64,000 bases of DNA from Octopus vulgaris (Eukaryota). Position 1 is the stretch's first letter, and every line of letters begins with the position of its first letter. A program made the translations under genes and the position numbers. Of this stretch, positions 1 to 13,719 are shown one piece after another. The DNA lies in NCBI GenBank assembly GCA_951406725.2, contig OX597836.1, positions 62,001 through 126,000 of the forward strand, read 5' to 3'. Below the pieces are notes generated by a model. That model was not told where the DNA came from. It did no database searches and saw only the letters and a list, made by a program, of their open reading frames with translations.

Positions 1-261
1 TAATACCCAAACCCTCTCAGCATTTGTCATTATAATATTTCAATTACACTAACCACAATAACATTCAACTCTCTCAACCAGAAATAAAGTTTGCTTATAA
101 AAGTCTCAACAGGTTTCATAGTTTTCTTCTATGCACAACTGTTGACCTCTGACGCTAGAAATAACAGCCAGCACCTAACAGCTAATAGCCAGCTCACAAC
201 ATTAGCAGTCAGAGACACTTCCTCACATTTAGCTATTCAGCTCAACTACAAGTGGTAAACA

Positions 262-2525
262 CAGGGCTGTCGTCAAGCCCCTGCAACCCCTGTGGTCGCA
301 AGGGGCCTCTGAGATTGAAGGGCCCAATGTTAAGATCAAAGTACATAGATGAGCCATCTATTTACTTTGGTTAAGATGTTAACTGAAAATTTCAAGCCAG
401 ACGAGGAAAAATACCAGGGTGCACCATAAATAAATTTAAAAGAAATGAAAAAAGTAAATAAAAAAGTTTGTTGACGAATTCCCTCGGGAGATAAAAGAGA
501 AATGAAAGAAATCCAAACCAATGAAAATAAGAACAACTTCAATAGAAAAGACAAGAAAAAGAAGTAATGGTGATGAAAGCTGGGGATGTATACTTATAGA
601 TACATACAAACGTACACACACAAGCATATGTACACGTTCATTCCTTTATACATACACACATATATACAACTAGCTTTTTACACACACACACACATATATA
701 TACAACTAGCTTTTCTTCTGTTTCCATCTACCAAATCCATTCACAAGGCTTTGGCCAACTCGGGTCAATAGATAGATAGATAGACGTGTACCAAGCACAC
801 ACATGCATTTCTAAGTCTCTCTGTCTCACACTCTTTCTCTTTTCATTTTTTTTCTCTCTCTCTCTCTGCTCTAATAGATGTGTAATATCAGTGTGCATAC
901 ATGACAGAATGTAAATGCCCTGAGAGAGAAAAGTTGGACATAAGAAGCATCAGATGACTGCACTGGTATGGTCATGTGTTGCGCATAGACGAGGACAGCT
1001 GTGTGGAAAAGTGTCACACCCTAGCAGTAGAGGGAAACTGTGGAAGAGGTAGACCCAGGAAGACCTTGGACGAGCTGTTGAAGCATGACCTTTGCAAGTT
1101 GGACCTCATCGAAGCGATGACAAATGACCGAGACCTTTAGAGATATACTGTGCTTGAGAAGACCTAGCAAGCCAAGTGAGACTGTAACCGTAGCCTGTGC
1201 AAGTGCAGCATAACCAGCCCATTTAAGAGTACCCTTCAATCATTGGGCAATAAACTGCGCTTGCAAAGATCTGTTGAGGAAAGTGAAGTCATTGTCATGG
1301 CTGATGACAGTACCGCCTAATTAGCACCTGTGCTGGTGGCACGTAAAAAGCACCATTCACACATGGTTGATGCTAGAGCCTCCTGACTGGTCCCATGCTG
1401 GGGGCACATGAAAAGCACCATTCCAGTGTGGTTGATGCCAGTACCAGCTGTCTGGTCCTGTGCCAGTGGCATGTAAAAAGCACCCACTACACTCTCAAAG
1501 TGGATAGTATTAGGAAGGGCATCCAGCTGTAGAAACATTGCCAGATCAAATTGGAGTCTGGTGCAGCTTTCTGGCTCACAAGCCCTCAGTCAAACCGTCC
1601 AACCCATGCCAGCATGGAAAGTGGATGTTAAACGATGATGATGATGATGATGATATTTATTTGGTGCTGTTATTTGATGTTGTTGAAAAGCTGGTCACTT
1701 TGTATCCAGAACAGTGGCCTTTGACCTCCCAAGGCAATAAAAACATAATTCTTTCTGTACCAAAACAATGCTTGTGCACACACACACACAGAAGTTTGCG
1801 TGTGTGTATGTATCTATCTATGTACAGATATTGTTTGCTCACTGTCACCAAGCATCTCAATTCTTTAGTGGCAACTAGTTTGTGATCGATGTATTTTATT
1901 TTGCAAAGTACTAGTTTCTCCTTGAATTTGTGATTTCAGAGAAAGGTAAGAAATTCCTCATATTTTGCATCTTTGGTATTTTGACTTTACAGTTTGAATT
2001 GTAGAATTGTCTGTCCAATCGAAATATTGCAACAGCTAACAGTGAAACATAGAATTAAAAAAAAGGCTTTTTCGACTGTTTTCAAGTCTTTGAGAACATT
2101 CATGTCTATTTTTCAAAAATATATAATTTGAAATAGCTTGCTTTTGTTTTGGACTGAAGAGTTTTTGTATTTTAATGTTCTTGAATAAACTTTTTTGTAT
2201 ACAAAAGCTGAGACAACTATACTCCACAGTTGTCATTTTGAAATGCTTGTCTTCTGATATTTGTGAGTCCATTGAATAAATATTCAACCGTATTAAATGT
2301 TGGCCTTCCTAAACATGAAATTATATGATAGTTTCAGCTCCAAATAAATTTAACTTGTACTTTTAAAGATATTCTTTAGGTTAACGAGAAATATTGAACT
2401 TCAGATAGAATAAAGTAAAATGTAGTTATGAATAAAAGGTGTGTAGATTATGAACTTTGATTGAAGAGATAGGGCCTTGAAACAAAAAGTTGCAGGGGGC
2501 CTCTAAAAGTCATGCAACGGTCCTG
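262..2525 (+). mobile_element. Degenerate hAT-like DNA transposon relic with nested insertions
   Basis: Ends CAGGGCTGTCG...CCCCTGCAAC and GTTGCAGGGGG...CAACGGTCCTG are imperfect inverted termini; flanks ggtaaaca/ggtcaatg are a possible decayed 8-bp TSD. Confidence 0.4.
896..1654 (+). mobile_element. RTE-clade LINE 3' fragment with repetitive 3'UTR and (GAT)n tail
   Basis: Decayed WYGHVLR...EGNCGRGRPRKT C-terminus, same family as 20306-21555; GTGCCRGTGGCAC units, AGGAAGGGCATCCAGCTGTAGAAAC box, (GAT)n tail. Confidence 0.8.
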
Positions 2526-4089
2526 GGTCAATGACACCTAACAGCTACAATTGATGATCCCCAAGTGGGACAGAACATCTTCACAGCCACATGTATAATT
2601 CTCCTTGAGAAATCCTTGATTGTCCAGTAGATATTACTGTATTTGTTGGTCGTAAATCATCATCATCTGTTTAATCATTACTTTTTCATGTTTGCATGAG
2701 TCAGATGAGACTCCTTTGGTGCTAAGTTTTCTATGGTTAGGTGTTCTTCTTGACATCAATCCTAAGTTATTTCCATGCAAAGAAATGATCCCCCAGTCTA
2801 TAGGACAAGGAACAGCCTGGACATGATTATGTGGAGAACTGGAAACAAATGACATTATTTGTATTAACAGTGAAGCTTTTGTTCACAAAGATCACGCAAC
2901 ATGGTGAAGACATCAAGAAGCTTGGGCAAGCAAACAAACACTGCACGAGTAGTGAGGCTTTAGTCTACAGTCAGTTAATACATGTAAAGATGTAGGGAAA
3001 ATATGAATTCAGTCACACCAATACTTAAAAACTCATACAATGCATGTACATATATGACAGGCTTCTTCAGTTTCTGCCAACCAGTTTCACTCACCAAGTA
3101 TTAGATTAATTCATAGCTGTAGTAGAAGACACCAACCAAAAGCATTCATAAAGTGAAACCAAAAGCACATGGTGCCAAACTGAACTTAATTACACACTGA
3201 CAGTAAACGGCAGTAAAATAGAAAATTCATATTTCTAAAACAACTTTGAAAACAAAGCAAAAATAGCAACTAGAAGATATTTGAATGTAATATCATACCA
3301 TTTTAACTATTTCTGAAAGTTTTTAAGGCCTTTCTCTTATTTGGGGATATTTTGCTTTTCTAACTATTCAAGTCAATTTTATTGAAAATGTTAAGGTACT
3401 TTCACTTTGTATTAGAGTTCAAGAACGTTTTGAAAATGTGTGGCTTCAATAAGATTAGTAGAATAATTTCTAATAAATCAGATTATTTGCCATTAGATAT
3501 ATTTGTAGAGGTTAAGTGTGTATGTAAACAAATACGTAAACCGATTCATAATTGAAAAGAATTTATTTACAGGGTTTGATTCGTTATAGGTACACTACAT
3601 ACAAAATGTAGGCAACTGATACAAGTTGCTAGAAATACAGAGTATATCGTGGAAGTCATATTAGGAATGAATATGTTTGTGTGTGTGCATGTGTGCGTTA
3701 ATCATTTGAAACAGTAGTTGATCGTAGCATTTCGAAACATTTCTCTCGGTCTCTGCCAAAACATTCTGTAGCTGGACTATCTCGTCTGTCTGCCCGCCTC
3801 TCTTGTTTCACCACGGTTTTATAATATTTGTGGCAGCTAGAAAGACAGACATACTGCAGCAGAGTTTGTACCTAAATAGGTCAGCACCTGTCCAGTTGAA
3901 CTTCACCTGACATGATGAGATCGCAGGTCAAAGGGAGATGATCAATCAATTTTTGACAGGACAAAGAAAACCTTTTTTCGCGCCTGTTGATCATTGTGGT
4001 TTGGACGACCAAGAATTCTTGGATTCGGTTTCGAATCTAGGCTTGGAGAAGGAAGTGTTAATTCTTACATATTTCTTCTGTACAGAAAA

Positions 4090-4208
4090 TATCAGGCTGA
4101 TGAAAAAGTTTCTGCGCTATGTTTTGAATAGTTGATGTTTTTGAATAAATTATTGCATAAAATATCTTTATTTTAACTCAGTGCACAAACTTTTTCTTCA
4201 GCCTAGTA
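4090..4208. mobile_element. Tc1/mariner-like MITE
   Basis: ~28-bp imperfect TIRs (tatcaggctgatgaaaaagtttctgcgc vs reverse complement tactaggctgaagaaaaagtttgtgcac), TA at both ends. Confidence 0.6.
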
Positions 4209-4769
4209 AATCTTTCTTGAACAAATCAATATTACAAAATTATGATTGCATTCTAATCTCAAAGTGAATGCCTCAATCTACAATTCACACAGCCCGCTAC
4301 TCCCTTTCTGCTACTACAAACCCACACTGCCATACTCCATTCATCCAAATAGTGCATTGTATCAAGTGAGTAACTAAAAAGTTTTAACGAAATGTCGACC
4401 TTCTTATTTCCTCATGGCACGCAAACAGATCTGAATGAATTTTACAGGCACAGATAACAAGAGTAATATGTACAGGGTCATTTGACTTGCTAAAAGCAAC
4501 AGCCACCCCACTCAAACTACATCTTAATGTCTTAAAAAAGAGAAAGCGGTGGAGGACACATTGAGTAATATAGTTTTAGATATATAAAACTACAAGATGG
4601 TCAATACTGACACACCTTCTGCAGATCCAGAATTAAACAACAGAATACTCCTTTCCTCAGACTTCATCTCCATTTGCTATACAGAAGGAGCTAAAACTAA
4701 GAGAAATAATCCCCATCCCCTTTCAGATACTAGTTATCTTTCTAGATAAATGGGAATAATGGTTCTTAC

Positions 4770-4882
4770 TTTGTTTGGATGTAATTCACCAGATTCTCCA
4801 CTGGTCACCCCACTGTCTAAACTCTGGTTGCTGCTCACAGACTTTAAATTATCCAAACTTTTGGATTCCACATGAGAATGAT
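4770..4882 (-). CDS. SLC4: SLC4 exon 7 (DHSHVESKS...GELHPNK), 113 nt
   Basis: Acceptor tattttgttgcag, donor AAA|GTAAGA; Ser-rich linker ending in phase 0, as expected before the conserved FMKKIP exon. Confidence 0.82.
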
Positions 4883-7800
4883 CTGCAACAAAATAGTCAT
4901 TTAAATAACTACAATTAAAAAAAGGAAAAAGAAGTTGGGGGCCGGTGCCCCCTGACTGACTCTCATGCCAATGGCACATAAAAAGAACCATCTAAACATT
5001 GTCAATGCCAGGTCTGCTTGACTGGCACCTGTGCTGGTAGCACGTAAAAAGCACCAACCAATTGTGACCGATGATAGTACCCCCTAATAGGCTCTTGTGC
5101 CGGTGGCACGTAAAAAAGCACCATCCAAGCATGTTCGTTGCTGGGCCTACCTTACTGGCTCCAGTGCCAGGGGCATGTAAAAAGCACCAATCAATCGTGA
5201 CTGATGCCAGTACCCGCTGACTGGCTCCTGTGCTGGTGGCACGTAAAAAACACCCACTACACTCTTGGAGTGGTTGGTGTTAGGAAGGGCATCCAGCTGT
5301 AGAAACCCTGCCAGACCAGATTGGAGCCCGGTGCAGCCGCTGGCTCTCCAGACCTCAGTCAAAACGTCCAACCAATGCCAGCATGGAAAACAGACGTTAA
5401 TTGATGATGATGATGATGATGTTGATCAGTGCTGAATGAACAAAACTATTGATGGTCAAAGGCATTTCCCCTGTGACCACTCACAACTACATTAACCAAT
5501 GTTATCATACATTTTTGTGTTTGTTTATTTTATTTTGAGACTGTATGGTATTGGGCAAAAATAATCATTACTTGGTTTCAGATTTTTACATTGAGAGTTC
5601 AAAGTTCAAATCTTGCCTGGGTTAACTTTACATTTCATCTTTCATAGACTGAGAAAATAAAGTACTAGTCAAGTTCTGGAAATGAAGTAATTGACCAATT
5701 CTGACACATTCCTAGCTTTTTTGTGCAAGTGACTACAGCCAAGAATCCTGAATGGATCTTAATGTTGCTCATGCTTTAAGGGTGGATGAACATGTAAACC
5801 ATAATATCAACAATATTCCTGTGAAGAACTAAGATTGCCAGCATTTCTAACTTTGAAAGACAATAGTGTCACAAGGCAGTATTTAAGCATCCATTATTTT
5901 GCTTGACAAAAGCCAATCAACAGAAGAAGAGTGTGCAATGCTGCTATTTCTAGCAGAATGAGAGGTTGTGTAGGGCATCTCCAAGAAATTCCTGATTACC
6001 AGTTAGTAGTTGCCTTGGTGTTGAAGTCAGTTAGGAGCTAAAAATACAAGGGTCAATCTGGTACTTATTTTATAGAAGCTAGAAAGATGAAATGCAAAAT
6101 CAAACAACATAATGAGATTGACCTCCAAAAAAGAAAAGACTATAACTAAATATAGTACAGCATTTTGTTCAACACACTAGAAATTCTACCCATCCACTGT
6201 CTTTAATTGTAATTCATAACTTAGATCAAGACTACACATTTTAAGGGAGCGGGGACTAATGAAATCAAATCCAGTACTTAACGGGTTCAGTTTCATTGAC
6301 TGTTGAAATATAATCCTTTCTTTATTGGTCACAGGTATCTCATACTTACAATATTTTTTATACAATATAATTACAAGCAAATATATTGGGGTGTACATAT
6401 ACAATAAATTAAGAATGGATCAAATATATAACACAAAAAACAAAAGGAACTCGGAAAATATGGGGAGGTGAGAATAAGGATATTCCAAGGCTGCAGCCAG
6501 CTTGTGCTCTGGGAACTTATTACCACTTGAGTATATCATTCAAACAGCATCTAATGATTAATCCCCCTATTTGGGCCTTTTTGCAAATTTTTCCCCCTTC
6601 ATTCCATTTGTTTTAGAGTTGAAATTATCTCACCTTGTATGCTTTTAACTTCAGATGATACAAGAATGAATGAGAGTTTAGTTGGAGCGATAGACTCCTG
6701 TCTTATTATTTCAAACTTGTCTGCTACACAACCCTTCATGCCAAAAACATTAAGCAAAGAAAAACTGCCTGTTCCTCCTTGCCAAAATACAGTCACATGC
6801 ACACACTAACAGCTGCTTGATGGCAGCTCCACAGTTTATCAGTGTCTGAACACTGACTAAATACTATAATAACAATAACTATCTATTTTGTAGGTCACAA
6901 AGGCCCAAGATGTTAAGGACAATGCAAAAAAAAAAAAAATAGAGAGAGAGTTGGTGCTGTCAATGAAGGCACATTGAAAAGTAGGTCTATTGAGATTGTA
7001 GAGATGCTTCAATGGAGATGTGTTGATGTATGCAGGTAAGGTGGAGAGGTGTTTCAGCCAGGGTCCTCACAGGTGAGGCACATAGGTATAAAATCTGGGA
7101 AAATTGTGATTTGGGAGAGGGGACTAATTGATTACATTGACCCCAGTGTTTCACTGGTACTTAATTTTTTGACCCCGAAAGGATGAAAGACAAAGTCAAC
7201 CTTGGCAGAATTTGAAGTCAGAATGTAAACACGAACAAAATGCTGCTAAATGTTTGGCCCAGTGTGCTAATGATTCAGCCAGCTTGCTGTCATTAACAAC
7301 AACAATAAAAATGATAATAAAAATAATACAAACGCAAGTCATAAAGACTCCGAACAGAGCGAAGTTTCTCAAGGTTGGCTTTGTAACGTCTCTTGGCATA
7401 CAGGTGTTTGTGTTGCTTTAGTAGTACATCTCGTGCTCTCTCTCTCTCATTGCTTTTTGTCATGCCAGAATGTTGCTGCCAAGTAGTGATAACTTGATCT
7501 AAAGAATATAGTTGAGAAAAATGTTTCATTAAGAATAGGGATTACAGTACACAGGTGGAGGGGTAACAGTTAGAATATAATTTTAAGATGAACGAGGTGG
7601 GAATATAGAGAATATTGAGGAAGAAAAAGAAAAGAGGAAGAGAGAGGAAAAAAGAATGACAGAATAAGAGAGAATGACAAAGAGACTGACTGACAGAGAG
7701 GAGACTAGCCTATATCTGATGAGAAAAAAGAGATAAAATAAGGTAGTGGAAAAAAAGAAGAGCTAGGGAGCAATAGCAGAGGAAAGATGATTTGATCTAC

Positions 7801-10800
7801 AAAGAGAAAGAGAGGGTAGGATGAGAAAACATTGAGTCTGGTAGAGAGTGGGACAGAGAGGACTGACTACCAGAAAGAAAAAAAAAAGAGAAGTCTGGGG
7901 AAAGACATGGACTAAAAAAGTCAGTGAGACAAACACTTGCAAACCTTTTGCTACCATGACCCATTTTGATGAGAAAAAATATTAAAAAACCCATTAATCC
8001 TTTGGGATCTCCTTTTTAAACGATATTCCATATAATGATATAATGTATCTAGCAATCTACTGCTGTAGACTGGTACTTTATTTGGCCCCAGAAGAACGAC
8101 AGGTAAAGTTGCCTTCTGTGAGATCTCTTAATAATAATTTCTAATGTAGGTGCAAGGCTAGGAATTTGAAAGCTAGTAAAGTTCATTCAATTAAATTGAC
8201 CCTTGTACTTGGATTAATATTTAATTTAGCAAATCAAGATGATGAAAAGCAAAGTCAACTGCACTGGGACTTGAAGTCAGAAGACAAAACACTGCACAAC
8301 CAATAGAACAGATCTCTATACAGTCGTTAGATCTGCTAAAAATAACCGCTAGATACTCCTTATCAAACCCCACTGTCTTAAAAAAGAGAAGATACATTGG
8401 GTGATGTATAGTATTAGATAACCCCAACAAAAGTTGATCATAGCCAGAATTCATTTGATTACAGGTTTATTTGATTAGTCTACCTGGGCTTAAATAATGA
8501 AAAAAAAACAACAGTAGAAAACCATTCTACCAAAACTCCTGTCCACAACTCTCTAATGATAATCACTGATAATGGTTATCTTCAGGTGTAATCTACTCTC
8601 TGCATATTGAATATCATGGATAACTAATACTATCTATGGTTAATTTCAAGTGTGTTCATAGCAGGGTTCCAGTCTCTTCTATAGGGACAGGTTAGCCACA
8701 GTGAGATTTGAACTCAGAACAACAAACACCATATGTCTGGAACTCTTCCAGTCCACTGCCCTAAATTAGCACTTCATTTTGCTGAACTGTAAATAGCGAA
8801 AGGCAAAACTTGACCATGGCAGGATTAGAAGATGGTTTTATATACTTAAGAAAGGTCATACATTTTATGGTGAAAGGATAGTTGTTGAATTAGTCACCAA
8901 AATAAATACATGTCTTTATAGAGGTCACAAAAGTGACAGAGGGTATTGACTAGCACCGCATTTGCTAAAAATAAGAGTTAAACAACTTTAAAAAGCCACA
9001 AAAGCACTGCCTTAATGACTGAGAAAGGAGGGTAAAGCAGTACTAGTCAGTACCTTCTGTCACTTTTGTGACTTCTTTAATTTTGTCTTAGGTTCTAATT
9101 GCTCATAAGCCACCCTTTTTAATTTGTTGTTTACACTTTTACCACTTATAAGACTGACAGAAATAGTTGGGTTTAATTCTAGATGTTAAGAGACGTTGAT
9201 GAGGATTAAAATGGCCTACATCAAAATCCAAAATCGTAATCCAGCTATATACACTAGGGACTTACCTACCTTTGTTAGTCATGAAGACAGTGCTTTTCTA
9301 GCTTTTTGAGTTGTTTTCACTCTTATTTTTAGCAAAAGAGATGCTAGTCAGTACCTTCTGTTACTTTTGTGACCTGTATTAATCATGCCTTTAAGTTCAA
9401 ATTGTTAATAAGCCACCTAATTTGTTGTCTAGTATTTAAGTATTTTATAAGTACAAAAAAGTTCAAAGCTATAATATTCTTTGGATTTGAAAATGGTACT
9501 TTTAGCTTTAAAAATACACAAGACATTTAGTCAAACACATCGCTATACTGTTTCACATACTATTCAAACCAAGAGCACACAAACCAACAAGATTGTAAGT
9601 ACAGTTTTTGATTTGCTAGAAAAGACAGCCAGACCTTCAAATTATACCTCATCTTAGAAAAGAATGAGTAGACCATACAAACACACACCATACAGAAGAA
9701 ACAACCTGTGTCTTACCAATCACAGAAGAAATGTCACTGGCATCAATATCCAAAAGGACAGCACCATCTATGATACTTTTCTTCAGACTGAACAATGCAT
9801 GCATTGACAGAGATGCTACATGAGGTTTTGACCAGCGCTCACCACCATCTTCCACATCTTCTTCATATTTCACCCATCTTAAAATTAAATTAATATTAAT
9901 GATTATAAATAATTACTAATTTCTTACATTTAAATATTTCTGCCATAAAATTGACAGATGAGATACAATAAGGACAATAATTTCTTTTGTAGGTCAAAAG
10001 CACTTGATTTGTTGGGGACAATACAAAGGTAAAACATCAGAAAAACAACAGAGATAATGAAGCATTTGCAGCAGGTGAAAGGGTGACATCAACAATAACA
10101 ATAAAGTCACATTAAAAGAGGAGCAAGAAAGGAATCCCTAAAATAGATGAGTAACTTTAAAGGAAGATTCGTAGCAGCCAACATACAATCCAGGATTAGC
10201 CTGGTACAATAAAAGTAAATGCCTTTTCCAAGACTACTGCTGTACAGTTAGTGTGGGCTCTTATAGCCCTGCTAATTTCTCCACTTGCAAATGTTAAGAA
10301 ACAAACAACAGTTTCTGAATTATAGGAAGCAAAAACTTTGCATTATTAATATAACAACCCACTCATCATAAACATGTCTGCCTATACATCAGATTCCTCC
10401 ATCTCTGACTTCTGAAACCCTCTTCTGGTGATTGGGGATGATTGTCTCCCTTCAAACAATAACAATCCCCACCCCCATTTCCTCTTCTGTATTTATTTTA
10501 ACACTATTTCCAACTGGAAAAGATAACGGAAGACTAACTTTATTAATTATATTCCTTAGGCTCTGATATAAGCACAAGAGTCTTAAAGTATGATACCCAC
10601 CTTTTTCTATCTAGGTGTCAGCAAACTGGTCATTTGTGAGAATCCATAAAATCTTTGCAATTTCCTTTCTGCTCATCATTCCTCTCACAATGGCCATCTC
10701 TATGCAAAGTCTTTTGTCTATAATTTGTCTCATTGAGTGTACTGCTGCTGCACAGATGCAGAAATTGTCTGTTTTGCAATATGACTCCAGTGAGAACTGA

Positions 10801-11949
10801 ATCACAAGTCTGGGTTCAGTCTGCATGATTCAGATATGCAGTTCTCAACAATTATGAAGTTCCTTCATAAACTCAACATCTTTTATTTCTAAATTTTTAA
10901 GTAATCACAGAACATTTTACTATTGGTTTGGCTGAATTGCCTATGTTTCTTCTTGTGATTTTTATTTTATCAAATCTGCTTTTTATGGTAATTCTTTAAT
11001 GAATAATATTTCATTTAACTTACCACTTTCTGGTAAAGTTCTGGTAGTGGAAATATGACACAGACTAGGCAAAGTGCATTCCAGATGCAGTTTTCCTCCT
11101 AATGTCACAATACTGTCATTTTAAGTCGAGGTATGTTTTAGCTCTTTTTATGGCAAGTAAAAGCAAAATGCCTGACTTCACAAATTAGGCACAATGCGTG
11201 AGAAGACCCGGCAAGACTAGTGAAGCCATAATCCGTGGCCCCTACCTGGGACGTAGTCAGTCCACCTGTGCATACCTTCCTTCTTGTGACACTTGTGAAG
11301 ACCTGTTGAGGCAAGTGAGAATCGAATCGTATCAAATCAAATCGAACCAAATCAAAATAGATGAACATCAATGGAATTTGTATCCTTGTGGTACCAGTGC
11401 CGGTGGCACATAAGAAAACCATCCGAACGTGACCGTAGCCAGTACCGCAATGACTGGCCTCCGTGCTGAGGGCACGTAACAAACACCATCCGAGCGTGGC
11501 CGCCCGCCAGCCTCGTCTAGCACCTGTGTCGGTGACACATAAGAAAACACCATCCGAGCGTGGCCGTCTGCCAGCCTTGTCTGGCACCTGTGTCGGTGGC
11601 ACATAAAAAACACCATCCGAGCGTGGCCGTCTGCCAGCCTCGTCTGGCACCTGTGTCGGTGGCACATAAAAAACACCATCCGAGCGTGGTCGTCTGCCAG
11701 CCTCGTCTGGCACCTGTGTCGGTGGCACACAAAAAACACCATCCGAGCGTGGCCGTCTGCCAGCCTCGTCTGGCACCTGTGTCGGTGGCACATAAAATCA
11801 CCCACTACACTCTCGGAGTGGTTGGCGTTAGGAAGGGCATCCAGCTGTAGAAACACTGCCACATCTGACTGGCCTGGTGCAGCCTTCGGGCTTCCCAGAC
11901 CCCAGTTGAACCGTCCAACCCATGCTAGCATGGAAAGCGGACGTTAAAC

Positions 11950-11982
<33 letters not shown>

Positions 11983-13668
11983 CTAAGTTGATATCAGCAA
12001 TGATGCAAAGTAGAATGACATTATAAAATAAATCTAACCTTTGTTCATCACTAAACTTTTCCTTCTTGCATCTTGATCTTCAGTCTAACTTGATCTGGTA
12101 ATGTTTCCATGGAACATTTATGCCACTTTGTATCATACATAGGTCCAGAAGTACCAATGTTCATGACTACTGAATATATTGTCTCACATAGACATATGGA
12201 AGCATCATTTATCTCCTTTCATTCAGTCATCAACACAATGTTGTTTCATTGTCATGGACAGTTTTAGTGTTATAAGCTTAGCGATGGTGGAAATAGCAGC
12301 CACAGACATAGTAACTGGCTATCATACCAGCCAGTCTTACTGTGTTTGCCCCCCCCCCCTTTTTTTTCTCTCCTTACATTTCTTGTTTAACTCAGTTGTC
12401 ACTAATTTGACAGTCTGAAAGTTGAGAGAGGTGTTTACATGACCAGTGACCTAATACACTTCATTTGAAGTTGTTTCCAGTTTGGTTTCAGATTCCTGTT
12501 TGCTTTCATTATAAGCAGCATCCAACTCATCAGTAGGGTGTTGGAATCTGATGAAGCATTGGCTGCATGTCTGTGCATAACTATCTTTAGCCATTTTTAC
12601 ATAGCAGACCATGTTAGTTCACCCACTATAGATTAAATTATTTGCTAATTCTGCAACAATAGATTTATATCTTCAATGCTCTGCATGCAAGTTTGGATTC
12701 CAGCAAAATTATTTTGTGGTCTCTAAGTCTTGCAAGACAAACTGGTTGGAATAGTCTGTCACTGTAATATCCTTCAGCAGCTGACCCTAACCCTAACTTT
12801 TCAAATGATTCATACACAGTAAATACTGATTGATAGGAATCCTCTAAAACAAAGTGTATCCATTTTCTGGTTGCATTCTACCATCAGCATTTAAAGTGGC
12901 GATATCCATTTCTAGCAGAGCCCCATTTGTTTTTTCTTTAAGCATCCTAATGTGGACAGTGGAAACTCATCTTTTAAGTAATAAACTGATTGTCAATTCC
13001 CATATCTGCATTTTCTTTTTGTCATGATTTTAATTTTTTGAACTTAATGAAGATGGAGTCAGTAATTTTGAAGCCTTTGTGTATCCACTAATTCTCACTC
13101 TGTTACTAGTGATGAATTACAAATAACAGCACATTCAGACATAAGAGGAACCAAAAATATTTATATATAAATATATATCATCATCATCATCATCATCGTT
13201 TAGCGTCCGCTTTCCATGCTAGCATGGGTTGGATGGGTCAACTGGGGTCTGTGAAGCTGGAAGGCTTTGTCAGGCCCAGTCAGATCTGGCAGTGTTTCTA
13301 CGGCTGGATGCCCTTCCTAACGCCAACCACTCCGCGAGTGTAGTGGGTGTTTTTTACGTGCCACCTGCACAGGTGCCAGACAGAGCTGGCGAACGGCCAC
13401 GAACGGATGGTGCTTTTACGTGTCACCGGCACGGGGCCAGGCGATGCTGGCAACGGACACGAACGGATGGTGCTTTTACGTGCCACCGACACAGGGCCAG
13501 ACAGAGCTGGCAACCGGCCACAAACGGACGGTGCTTTTACGTGTCACCGGCACGGGGGCCAGCCGAGGCTAGCAACGGACACGAACGGATGGTGCTTTTA
13601 TGTGCCACCGACACGGGGCCAGACAGAGCTGGCAAACGGCCACGAACGGATGGTGCTTTTACGTGGTG

Positions 13669-13719
<51 letters not shown>

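Noticed and set aside
1-4769. Search for the next SLC4 exon (FMKKIP...AEA motif)
   Set aside because: Not found by eye; it probably lies left of the window
11480-11800. CRISPR-like regularly spaced palindromic repeats
   Set aside because: The units are contiguous with no unique spacers, there are no cas genes, and the context is a eukaryotic retroelement
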